A stretch of 54,263 nucleotides of DNA, filler included, from Sphacelaria rigidula (taxonomy: Eukaryota): the NCBI GenBank assembly GCA_964200075.2. It is 3 parts of 3 records of this genome, joined end to end, with 100 filler letters (N's around TTAATTAATTAA, not from the genome) between each part and the next. Parts side by side here need not be neighbours in the genome. Positions count along the whole stretch, not along the records: positions 1 to 18,022 come from CAXNAA020000934.1; 2 more parts are not named here. One strand, given 5' to 3'. The translations under genes and the position numbers were made by a program. Shown here in pieces: positions 1 through 12,000 of the stretch (positions within the stretch are counted from its first letter, which is position 1; each line of letters opens with the position of its first letter). The notes beneath the pieces were generated by a model. The model did not search any database and was not told where the DNA came from. It saw only the letters and a program-made list of their open reading frames with translations.

Positions 1-110
1 TGAAAATATCGTGTAAACGGGTATGACTAAAATTATCAGTCACATAATATTTTCTTGAATTTTTGTCTTGGCGCGTTTTTTGTCCCCACTAACAATGTTC
101 CCCCGTAATA

Positions 111-512
111 GCATTACTATTGTCTGTGCGGGGGTGTTGCCCCCTTGTCGGGTACGTTTTGGAGCATGATACTAGATGAAGATCATCCTTCCTTGTAAAT
201 GGGCACCAAACGCCGGGAGTTCTCACTCAAGACTTCGATTTGGAGAATGATACCAGGTAGACAGCGGCAACTGCTGTGTGTCCAGGTTCCCCTTGGAGCA
301 GGATGCGTTTCGTGTCTGTTTGACGAAGTTATCCCCAAAACAACGAAATTGATAGGGTTTTTAGAGTGGAAAAATCTAGCAAAAAACTATCGCAAAAATC
401 GGGTCGTAAGAATGAGCTCGCAGAAATCCTGACGCAAAAACGGAGTCGCATAAAATCACTTTGTCGAATTTTTACCCACAGCGGAAACCAACTTCCTCGT
501 GAAATTGGAATC
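111..512 (+). repeat. Dispersed repeat, copy 1 (copy 2 at 2130-2572, same orientation)
   Basis: Collinear over ~400 bp (GGGGGTGTTGCCCC...GTACGTTTTGGAGCATGATACT...GAAATTGGAATC), with internal TCGCAAGAATCC sub-repeats. Confidence 0.85.
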
Positions 513-2129
513 AAGTCCCATGTCTAGTAATTCCTATACCGAACGGAGATGCCGTCTATACTGAAGTCTATATGAAACCGTTAACGATATATACAGCGCA
601 TGATGACTTTGGGTGTGGACATTCCCTGGAGGACGGGGAAACGATCGATACCCGCACCTTCGCCTAACTCGCCATCTATAGATTGCCCTGTGTCCAGGGC
701 GCTTCCAATTCCAACTAATTTCGGTGTCTGGGATGTTGTCATCTCGGATTCCGGCGGTGAACCCGGAGTGGTCTCGGCTGGGGCCTCTACTTTGAATGAA
801 GGTCTGCCCGTAACTTATTTGTACTTAGACGTGGTATTATCTCTTTAGGGTAGGTAGTGGAGGGACTGGTGGACTCGTTTCAGTACCAAAACGCCCAGAT
901 ATAATCATGTGAATGCTTTGTTTTGTGTCTCGTTCGAGTCACGTGTTGCATGAAAAACTACCTGTACTGCAGTATGGCTGCGTCCTTGCATTCCTTGCCA
1001 CAAACTACGGTCCCCGCGCCTCGTACACAGTACGGTTCATGATAACCAGAGCATGTATGTGGCGTTTATTTTATGTATATCCGTTTTCAAACTGGTACGG
1101 TATACTAGTTCGTACAGCACGGAGCACGCGGCAGTACTAGATCGAAAACCTGGTACACCACAGCTCCAAGTGCAACGACGATGGACTCGCTGGCATTTCT
1201 TCTGCGTGCTTTCGAATAAAGCGTCATGAAACATGAGGAGAAAACCATGACGGGCTGCCACAGGAGAGTAAAACGCTGTAGTGCACAAGCGCGCTGGCAC
1301 GGTGTAGACAACACGGAAACGCTAGCGCGCGTGCTGCTCGAAAATAACGCGCTCCGCCAGTGTAATTTAGTTCAGTGCGCTTTATTGAATATAATGCAAA
1401 GGTTACCCTTCGGATGTGGAGCCGATATTGTACTGTGTACCAATCGCAGCGTGACGCCTGCGGCGGCGGTACTACCTGCTCACTGCACAGCGGCAGGGTT
1501 CAGGGTGAAAAAACACACCGCAGAACGTCGCATCCTTAGTCTATCCCTGTCCTACATTGATACCGCGTTGTCCTATGCAGGTTGCCACATCATGAGTGGA
1601 GTCGTTGTATCGCAGCCAACGTGTAAGCAGGGTATACCTCCTCGCCACGCGCTATATTGCTACGTAACATTTTGTAAAGCTGTCCGTGTTGCAGCTACAG
1701 CATGCGTTTGCCCCAGGTGGTGCACGCAGGAGTGAAAGGCCGCCTCCGTTGCTGTGATGGCTGCCTGTATCTTGGGCGAAGCTGTATGGTAACACAGCCG
1801 CGGCTGGTGCGCCTACATATACCGAAAGGTGGAGACCGGCGTCCAGAATAGATGGGACGACAACACACACGGCACACTCCACGTTGCGCAGTACACTTTC
1901 CACACTGTGTTCGTACTCTCTGTAGAATGTTTTTGTCCACGGTTGGGTGCATTTTCATATCTAATGCAGGAGCAACATCTGTGCGAACTGCAGGTGAGGC
2001 AATCGCCGAAATATTTACCTGCAAACTCTGCTCCAGCGCACAAAAAATTGATATCGCTAGAAGACCACTACCATAACCACCTTGCCGGCTGCCAGACTGT
2101 CACAGACCGTCAGGACGTAGGATCCGCTA

Positions 2130-2572
2130 GCATTGCTACTGTCTGTACGGGGGTGTTGCCCCTTTGTCAGGTACGTTTTGGAGCATGATACTCGATGTAG
2201 ATCAATCATGTACATGGGCACCAAACGCTGAGGGTTCTTACTCAAGACTTCGATGTGGAGAATGATACTAGGTGTGCAGCAGCAACTGCTGTTTGTCCAG
2301 GTCCCACTTGGAGCAGGATGCGTTTGGTGTCCGTTTGACGAATTTATCCCCAAAACGACGAAATCGATATGGGTTTTAGAGTGATGAAATCTAGCAAGAG
2401 AACTATCGCAAGAATCCGATGGCAAGAATTCTGACGCAAAAAAAATATCGCAAGAACCCGATCGAAATAATCAGGTCGCAAGAATCCTGACGCAAAAACG
2501 GAGTCGCAAAAAAACAGTTAGTCGATTTTTTACCCGCAGCAGAAACCAACTCCACTTCGTGAAATTGGAATC
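2130..2572 (+). repeat. Dispersed repeat, copy 2 (copy 1 at 111-512)
   Basis: Same blocks as 111-512, with additional TCGCAAGAA units. Confidence 0.85.
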
Positions 2573-3887
2573 TCGAGATACGGCACAATAAGGTTCCATA
2601 CTAATATCAATATATCAAGAGCAGAAGCACTAAATGCACTAAATCTGGATATCGTGCCTCAGTTTTTGAGAGTTGTGCTTTGAAATTTCGTATGGACAAT
2701 TGCTACTGCATAATAGAAAAAAATATATCGGCCTTTTCATTGTTTTCCGAATTTTGTTTTCCGGTTTTGTAGGGTGGTTCTAAGGGACAATGGACACTGT
2801 TTGCGGACCTCATCTCCTTTTTTCAGCTCGATTTTTGGAGCTGTAATTTGACACTTAGCACGGAGAATTGCAGAGGCATGCTAAAGCAAGCAGAAGTGGC
2901 CTTCAATTTTTTTCTTCAGAGGTATGGGCGTTGTCGTGAGAACATGGCCGTTGCTATACTCAAACATCTAAACAATTGAAAAAAAAATGAAGATCAAGCG
3001 TTCCGCCTTTTTTCTTTCATTTTAGCATAGCGAGGCCCCATACAAAATTCCAAAACACAAGCACCAAGCCCGGGCCGATAAATGGCCTGTAAAATACCGC
3101 TCCGAATATCGCCCGGCCTGGTTTCTAAAACGCCCCCGCCTCGGTTCAATTCTGATAATTGGATTCAAAACTTGATACGGAGAATGAACAGGGCGTAATA
3201 AAAAAAATAATGCCACAATGATCACCAGATGAGACTTCACATCCACTCACATTCTCCAGCTCTCCAGCGGATGCACGAGGACCATCAACATCACAAATGT
3301 TTAGTGCGAAATAACTTTTTTGACTCACATGTCTAAATCGCCATAGTCACGTGCTAAAATAGTGGAAAATATGCTACAGTACTCAAACAGACCCGAGAAG
3401 ATATTTCTACAGCCAACGAATTCGGCTCAATATATTATGTATCTCTAAAGTAGTTTCTCAACATAAGCTAGTTGAGCACGTTTCATCTGAAAGTCGAATT
3501 TTTCGAGTTGGCGACTGTTCGAGAGGCAGAAACTCGACCAAGAACGGTGAGAGTTTATGGTCAATCGCCGATATCGCCTCAAAGAAACGTCCGATCAAAG
3601 CGTTGTTTTGTATTTTCGATTCATTGGCATCTGCACCGATATCAATTTCTTATACCTCTCGTCTTGTCCTTTAATCCCCCCACTCAGCGCCGCGTCAAGA
3701 ACGTCTGCTTGACTCGTGAGCATTTGGTTCAGAAACCGGTCACGCTGCCGTTTGCCCGTGCTCATGTGCCAAGCGTTGGAATCGTTCCCCTCCAGCGCTC
3801 TCAACACATGATCGTACGCTTCGAAGAAACTCTGCCATTGCCTCTCTGAATTACTCGTCTCACTTATTATAATTGTCCCATCCTTCT

Positions 3888-4002
3888 TTCTTGAGTGAGT
3901 GTTTCAGTCTCTGTTTTCTTGGGTACGTACGTCTATCATGCGACCACGGCTGGACCATGGGTGGTCAGTTGAAGTGCGACACTCAATCAATCGATCGATC
4001 AA
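3888..4002 (+). repeat. Short interspersed repeat ending in a (CAAT)n-like tail; probable SINE/LINE 3' end
   Basis: Core GACCACGGCTGGA...CAGT...GTGCG...CAATCAATC is shared with 10764-10875 (+), 37639-37760 (-) and a diverged copy at ~4045-4140. Confidence 0.75.
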
Positions 4003-4149
4003 CCCGTTTGTTTCACCTTCCCTGTTTTCTCCACTTTTCTTCAGCGAGTGTTTTGTTTTGCTTTTCTGTCTCGGTTACGCCCCTCATGTGAACACGGATG
4101 GATCCCTCGGGGATCGTTTCAAGTGCGCCAACCAATCACTCATACTCGT

Positions 4150-4445
4150 GGTACATCCCCGCACCCCCGCTTCAAGGTCGTCTGGCGTAGTGTATCGTTC
4201 CTTCCACACCCTGGTTTCGAAGCATGCAATGAAGTCTAGATATAGGCGTTGAGATATTGAAATGGTGCAGGCTACTTTACGAACACGACGCTCCATTCCC
4301 CACCCCTCCCTGCTTGATTTAGCTCGCGTGGCGTGCCTTTACCTGTGTACGGAGTCGCACCGTCCTGCTGCACGGCCAGGTCGCCGTCCTCGTATCATGA
4401 AATATTTCTCATGATTGTCGGCAGGAGATCATCCGTATAGCACTG
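4150..4445 (-). pseudogene. Tc1/mariner-family transposase relic (catalytic C-terminal half)
   Basis: Reads DDLLPTIMRNIS*YEDGDLAVQQDGATPYTGKG...AGRGGEWSVVFVK*PAPFQYLN, then after a frameshift LDFIACFETRVWKERYTTPDDLEAGV. This resembles the mariner QQD(N/G)AxPH...QPxxSPDLNxxDLGFF pattern. Confidence 0.65.
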
Positions 4446-6086
4446 CTGGTACCAGTCGCTATCAATGGTTACATCGAATCTGTTACCGGTTTTCCTCTGA
4501 GATTTCTTAATTACGTCAACACGCATTTCCCCCTCTTGCCGCCGAACCCTTGGGAAGGATCCGGTGCTCGGCCGGCGGATTGTGTAAGAGATACAGGGGT
4601 GGCGAGCACCTCAAGGACGCAGAGCGGTCATTCAGAAGTGGATCGTGAGCGTCGCGTGGGATGCTCTACGCCGCGTTCTTATCAAGTTTTTGTTCGAACC
4701 ACGTCAATACAGATCGTTAGAACCATCTCTGACAACAACATACGAAAACCTCACCCAGACTACAACATTTGAATCACTCAAGAGCCCACGGGTATGTTGC
4801 GTTGTCTTGATTGAGGGCTCTCATCAGGGGTCTTGCTGAGGCGATTTCGCCGATTAAATGTCATTTTTTTTGGCTAATTGTGGCCCGATCCTTATGTCTC
4901 TTCAAAAGTTGTGAACCCAAAAGTAAAACATGAGCTGTTTTTTTTCTCAACTATTTCACGGTTAGGACGAATTAGAGGTCATACGAGTCGACTCCTCATG
5001 ATGTGAAAGCAGTCATGCTGTATAAACCGTCGGTCCCGCTGAGTCAAGGGCGGATAACACATATGCAGCGCAGTCATCTTGCGCGCATTACAGCTGTGAG
5101 AAAATTACGCGTGGCTCAGGGCCACCGGAAGTGGGAAGTAAAGATTCGAACCTGTACAACTTCTTCGTCCCGCATTAGGCCGAAGGTGGGAAAAATATAC
5201 GGGCGCTCACCTCGAACGACTTGATCAAGCAAGTTGTACACGACGTTCCCGACTCACGATGGTGAGAAGTGCGTGGCATGTACAATCGATGCGTTCAAAT
5301 TTGGAGTGCGGGGTTGACTATGTGCCCACCATTCACCCCGGTATCCACGGAAGGTAGGAAGCGGGTACATTTGGGTCCTACAAATGATGTACGAATAGTA
5401 TGATTCATTAGTTGAAATGATGAATATGAGTTGCATCACGAGTGAAGTCGTCCCTACCGTGAACTGTTGTGAACTGAAGAATTATTTTAGGGACGAATGT
5501 ACAAGATGTAGTCGTGGGGCCTCGAATTATATGCTCGAACTGGATTGAATATAAAACTCGACACATACTGACAATAGCTATAACGACACAAGCACACGAA
5601 ACAGAGGGAGTGTACCTCTAACCGTGGAATTCTTCAACGTTGCAAAGGAAGAATCAAAGAGAGCCCTTTCACGTAACAGGCAGCTATAATAGGTATATCG
5701 ACCTCCCTACTTGCACACTACACCCATATCAAAGTGCCTGAAAAAAGGCATGTATGTACGGTAGCAGGCTTGTGGAATTGTGGGTCTACCATTTCAGCCT
5801 GCCTGATATAAATAACAGTGCGACAACCTCGTGCCAGCGTAGTCCTCAATGTCAGCAATGAATAGATCCTGTTGTGCGACTGACTATTTCACCAGACACG
5901 GTATGCACAGGCTGAAGAAGCGCAAGGGATTTCGCGGATTTCGAGAGAGATCGCTAGGGCATTAGAATTTTTGCGCGCATGCAACACGCTCGCTTACATG
6001 GGCTCCAGATCTTCCGCCGGCGAGTAGGTACATTCCTAACGGTACGCCCATATGATATGTAACAATAATCCAAATATTGTCCACAC

Positions 6087-9000
6087 CTGTTTCCGTAGCA
6101 AAAACGCCCTGTTGTTGAGCAACGTAGCAAGCTTCAGGTGGTCCGCCTCCTCCGCAACCTCGATGGCGCGAAGATAAAGAGTGTCGGCCTCGTCTTCGTT
6201 GCCCTGCGCGATGATTAGTTTGTCTTACGTCGATAACGAATTCCTCCCTGTTGAGCCAAGGTTTTGAGCGTTGAACGAGAGCCCTCTGACAAAGGAAGGG
6301 TAAAAGAGGGGCGGGGAGTAGCAAGGGATACCCGATGCGTTCCCAGGAGGGGTTCAAGATAGCGGTATCTTCCCGCGGATTATAGGTCCATCTCTATCAA
6401 ATATAGGAGGCTGGCGCAATCAAAATACGTGTTTCGGCACCAGTAGCGGACGATTTTGCATCTCGTACTTGACTGTCTAGAGGGGATAATGGCTCCACGA
6501 ATGTACCCCCCGTCAGACGAAGGCTCTTGAGCGCAAAGCGTTCGTAGGGACTACCCTCAAAGTCTCACGGCCCTCACCTGCTCTTCTACCGACCTTGCCC
6601 ACATGTGAAGAATAGACACAACTTTGGAATGACGCGGGCCAAAGGACTTCTCGAAGGCTTCATGCGCCCTCTTGCAAATCGGGCCAGCTTCAGTGAATTC
6701 ACCCTGTAGGACGAGGAATAGAATGGGCAAATCGCAGCGCGTTATGCACGCTCACCACATTAAGGAAGATAATTGAGTCGCCGACACCATGACACTCACC
6801 AGCTCCGTCAAGCACCAAGCCTTCGAGACGAGAGCCTCAGCAACATCTGGGTGGCCCACGCCGAGCGTTTTTTCCAAAATCGTTAGCGCGCGGCCGTGCA
6901 GGTGGAGAGCTTCGCCAAACCTTTTCTGCATGAAGATCACACGCAGAAGGCAACGCGAGCCCGGGCGTTGGAGTCCGACAGCGGTTGATGTAAACGACAA
7001 CTCGAACGACTGACATTGCGTGGATGCAGTGTGTACAACATGGTAAATCCCATCTAAGCAAGCGGGGGGCAGGAAATGCTTCTTGGTTCATTGCAACGGT
7101 TTCACCATATCTGGGACCAGGCATTTAATAGCGGGGCGGGCGAAGGGTGCGCGGCCAACATTCCGTAAACAGTCTTGCGTCAGCGGATGAAATAATGAAC
7201 AGTAGGGCTGTGAAATGGCTACTCTGGGCAGTTAAGTTCAAACTGGCCGCTGGCGCGGGCAGTACATTAATTGTTTTCCAGTTAATCGGCGCCGATTGAC
7301 TGGCAAACAATCGGCAGCGAGCGGCGAAGCCGCGAGCCGCCAACGGCCCCTCCCGGCTGGTGAGGGGTCCCCGCGGGAGCGCCGCCGGAGGCGAGAAAAA
7401 ATGCATTATTTGCCTCGTTGCTCCTCCAAAAATGTGGAAAAATGTAGAAAATGTGACCCCTCACATTGAGGATCTAAAAGTCTTGGATGACACAGGAATG
7501 CCCAAAAACAACTCTCAGACCTTATGTATCCCCCCTCCCCTCCCCTCCCCCCCTCCGGCGGTCGTAGATTTTGTTTTTTATTCACGTTAGAAAACACTCA
7601 ATAAATAGCCATTTGGGGGCGACTTGAGTGAGGTAGCGCCCATGATTGTTGGCCCTATCAGCCACCACAAAATGGCATGCACATTGGACGCAAATTGACG
7701 GTGAAGAAACACGTGTTGAGCTTGATTGAGCAAGCATTGCAGAGCATTGTGGTTTTTGTCTGGTCTTGTTCTTGTCATGAAAGTGTGATGTGCAATGTAT
7801 TGTCGAAACCCATAAGTATCACTTGGCCTTACTTGGCTCCGGAGATATGCGGAGAATGAAAGCTTCATGAACATGAAATTTAATTTTTGTATACTTTTTA
7901 GTTTATTTTATATTTATTACTACTTTTTATTTTTCATGTTTACATGGGATTGAGTAACACCCTCCCCTCCCCCCCCCGACAAACTCCAGGAGTAAAAAGA
8001 AGGGGCATAGGGTCTCGGATTGTTTGTGTTGGGCACTCTCGGATGAGATTCAAATCCCTTTCAAAGCGGTGACCGAGTCGAAAGCCATGCATCTGTAATA
8101 TGCAGCAGCAGACTCTCCGTGAGGAGAGGAGGATGCAAACAAGTCAAGGCTGGCAGCACGGGGATAAGACCGCAAAATGATTCACGTCCGGACCCACAAG
8201 CACGCATGTGGTCGAAGTGCAAGCCATGGTGTACTTTGTATCATGTGGTCGCGGATCCCCGTTCGTTATTTTTTATTCCAAATGTCGTGCTATTAAACGA
8301 CGAACCTGGCAAATATCCGCAATATCACTTCGAGGTGTAGTGACCACGAGTCCTGTACTGTACTGTCTGCACCTGTACTGTTGTCAGATGCAGACCCCAA
8401 TCCTACTGTCATTATATTCGTAGTCATTTTTTCAAGCATCTTTGTTACGAACTCACTATATTAAAAATGATATAAACATAGCCGGTGACGGCAAACTTCA
8501 AACAAACTGGATAAACTGGAGTCCTTATCACCAGTTCCAGTTAAACTCCAGTTCCAGTTTCTGCCAGTACAAACTGGTCCAGTTCACAGCCCTAATGAAC
8601 AGGCAGTGCTGAGTGGTGAACTTCAGCGTGCAGCATTCCTTGCATTTTGAACGATCAGCCTAATTTCTCACGACCAAAAATCCGATGAGAGGGTCAATGC
8701 TGTTGTAGAATACATGAACATATATACATACATACATACATCGCGAGTGATCACTAGCACAGCAGAGCAATCTCACTAAGGTTTTGCTTCGACGGAAATC
8801 ATGCGTAAAATTGTGCAAGGAGCATTCCCAGCCAAGCGTGTCGCGGTGCAACGGTAACAGAACCACGCGACATCTCCATGCTCTCATCCAAGGCTTTACA
8901 AACCAACACTCGTGACAAGGGTCCTCTTTACCTTTGTGAACGATATTGAACGGCAACAAATCAGTTTAATTTCAAGCATCTCGGGGTATTCACCTGTCGT

Positions 9001-12000
9001 TCCAACAATACACCTCGGTTTCTCAGAATAATCCCGACTGTCAGATGAACAGGGCTGAACGACGCTTCGAAGATTATTTGCGCCCTCCTGTATAGGTTTT
9101 CAGCCTCGGCGTAGTTACCCTGTGATATTTCGGCAGCATTAGAAGACCGTGGGAAAGCCAAAATACTACAATATTTCGTACCCATCCTCGATTGCTTGGT
9201 TGAGATTGGTTGGTTAAATAAATGCTCACTTCTAGTCGACTACACACCGACCAGTTCGTGATCACAGAGCTGGGGGGACAAATATAACACGAGAACTCTT
9301 GGAACATTATCTAAACGAACACGAACGCACCTTGGGAATCCATCAATTATATAAATTCACGCCTTGGATGCTAGACATGAAAATACACGGGAAACAAAAG
9401 CAAAGCTCTACAAAATAGTGACCTTACACTTGCAAAAGACCCCAAGATAATAGAAATAAGAGCAAAACATCCCGTGAACAAAAACACAACAGAAAGAAAA
9501 GACATCTTGTAAGCAAGACAAGGTGTAGAATGCAACAAAAAGGTTTGCAAGAAAAAAAACAGCGACGATAATGTCGGGATTCATATCACGTCTCTCACCA
9601 GTTCCATCAAGCACCCTGCCTTGTTACCAAGAGCTGTCCCTACAGCGGTGTGTTCCGGATAAAAAAACGCCTCGCGGATGGCCAACGAACGCTCGTACAG
9701 TTGAAGAGCGTCATGATATTTTCCCTGCGCAAAAGCATCAATAACTGTCAGGGTGAAAATCGAATTGTAGCGTGAACGTCCAACAAAGCCAGCCGACAGG
9801 TGGGGATGTACTCATGATCATGCAGCCGACAGGTGGGAGGTATAGGAGGTTGTGACCGACCTCAAGATGACTTGACCCTTTAGGAACCTGTTGGCACTTT
9901 TTGTTTTGGTGAATCGGCATCATTTTCAGTCATTTCCGAGTCAAAATTATGCCGATTCGAAAAAATAAATCGTCAATGGGTTCCCAAAGGGTTAATGGGT
10001 ACCGTATCAGCACCCTTGTCCCCGGCAACGAAGTTGGGGCTGTCGGACGTGGTAAAAAGTGTCTGGTTTAGGGCATCGGTTTAGGCGTGAACTTTCGCAG
10101 CATGGAATGAATGCGGACACTGACGGTCTCACCCGCGACTCCAGCAGTTGTCCCTGGTTGTTGAGAACTGTAGCCACTTCTTGATGGTTAGGACCGTACA
10201 CTTTCTCGTTCACCACCAGCGAACGTTGGTATAGTAGGTCAGCCCCCTCGAAGTTGCGCTGCAAAGGCATCGTGGACGTGGATGTCAGGACGGTGTACTT
10301 GATGTGGATTGCGCACTCGAAGATAAGCATGAGAACAAACGACCTTAGGTACAGCCCGATGCGCACCATGATAGCAGAATCTTCATGCCAGGATCCATTC
10401 TCAGGATGTGAGATACTTGATATCTGGGTCTCACTAACGAGGACACGGCTTTGAATTCAAATTGTTGTAACTGTCACCTGTTTTTTCAACAAGACCGCCA
10501 GGTTGGTGAGAGCCATGGCTGTATTTGGGTGTCCCTCGCCCAAGGTCTTCTCAAAAATAGCGATAGCTCGCTGATACACTCCTCTCGCCTCCGTTAGCTT
10601 GCTCTACGCGGTGATGCGCAAACGTCAAAAACGCAACATCCGAATGTTCGATATGTACCATGATAACAAAGCCATCGACCTGCGGAGTCCTGTTGGCGTT
10701 TGGGGTCACGTGTGGTGGAGACTATTTGTACACCACATTCGCCTCGCGTTCTGCTCCTCCGTTTTCTTGAATGAGTGTTTCAGTTTTACTTTTTTTCGGT
10801 ACATCTATCATGCGACCACGGCTGGACCCATGGGTGATCAGTGAATGTGCGCCAAGCAATCAATCGATCGATCAAAACCAAACTGCTGGCAATACGAAGG
10901 TGCCTATCAGCGACGTACCTGGATAGCATGAAATCAGTGCGCGTCATACACAGCGTAAAAGCTACATGTGCCATCGACCGGCGCTTACCTGGTCGTTAAA
11001 TGAATTGGCCTGGTTGTTCAGCGTTAAAGCATGACTCGGGTGGTCAGGGCCTAGAATCCTTTCTCCAATCGCGACGGCGTGAGCATAGAATAAGTCGGCC
11101 TCTTCGTAGCGTCCCTGTCAGACGCAAGGATCCGTTCGCTTGCCTGTCAGTGCAATCCTCGACATTGTGAAACATTGGCATCGCTTGGTCCATACCTGAA
11201 GTGCCACAAACTGCGAACGGCCCTCACCTGATTCTTGCACCACATTGCCCGATTGTTGAGAGTTGCCACTACTTCGACACTATCGCGGCCGACAGCATTT
11301 TCGAAGATTCCCTGAGCTCTGATGTACATGTCCTCACTCTCGGCGTATTTACCCTGCAGGGCGAGTATTCACGGTGGACATCGCTGAAATTGCCACAGGA
11401 ACGTGAAGTTTCTTTGAATGTCAAGAGGGCAACGTCAACATCGAGGCAATAGGAAACACAAACCATTCTGACCTGAGAGTCCAGCAGTGCTCCACGGTTG
11501 TTGAGCCCTGTAGCAACATATGGGTGTGCAGGGCCTAGGGTGCTCTCCATAATCTCGATAGAGCGAAGATACAGCACGTCAGCCTCATGGTGTTTGCCCT
11601 GCGGGGCACGGTTGGCGTGGCTTTTGACTGCAACATTCAGTACAGAAGTTACACTATTATCACTCAAGAAGGACACGCGACAACTGGACAAGGCTACCCT
11701 CCGTCGTCTGAAGAAAAGCCTGATGTGGCCAAGTGTTGGAAAACCACATGAAACCGGGAGGTCACGGCAGGAAATCCCACAGCCTTTGGTGTGTACAAGA
11801 CCAATCACGTGAACGCGTTTCAACCTGTATCGGTACGTTCCACTTCGTACACCACAAAATGAACTACTGTACACGTCACACTGAGGTGAATGCGCTCAAC
11901 GAGATGAAGGCGCTCAACGAGGGAGGTATACAGTCATGCGGGATTACGCTGTTGCACAATGTTACTGCTCCGCTGTAGAAATATCCAGAGGCACAACAGG

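Noticed and set aside
8660-8959. Possible cryptic or spare TPR exons in the long introns of the array (also ~11690-11830)
   Set aside because: The translations I checked lack the TPR scaffold and the 126-nt AG/GT framing.
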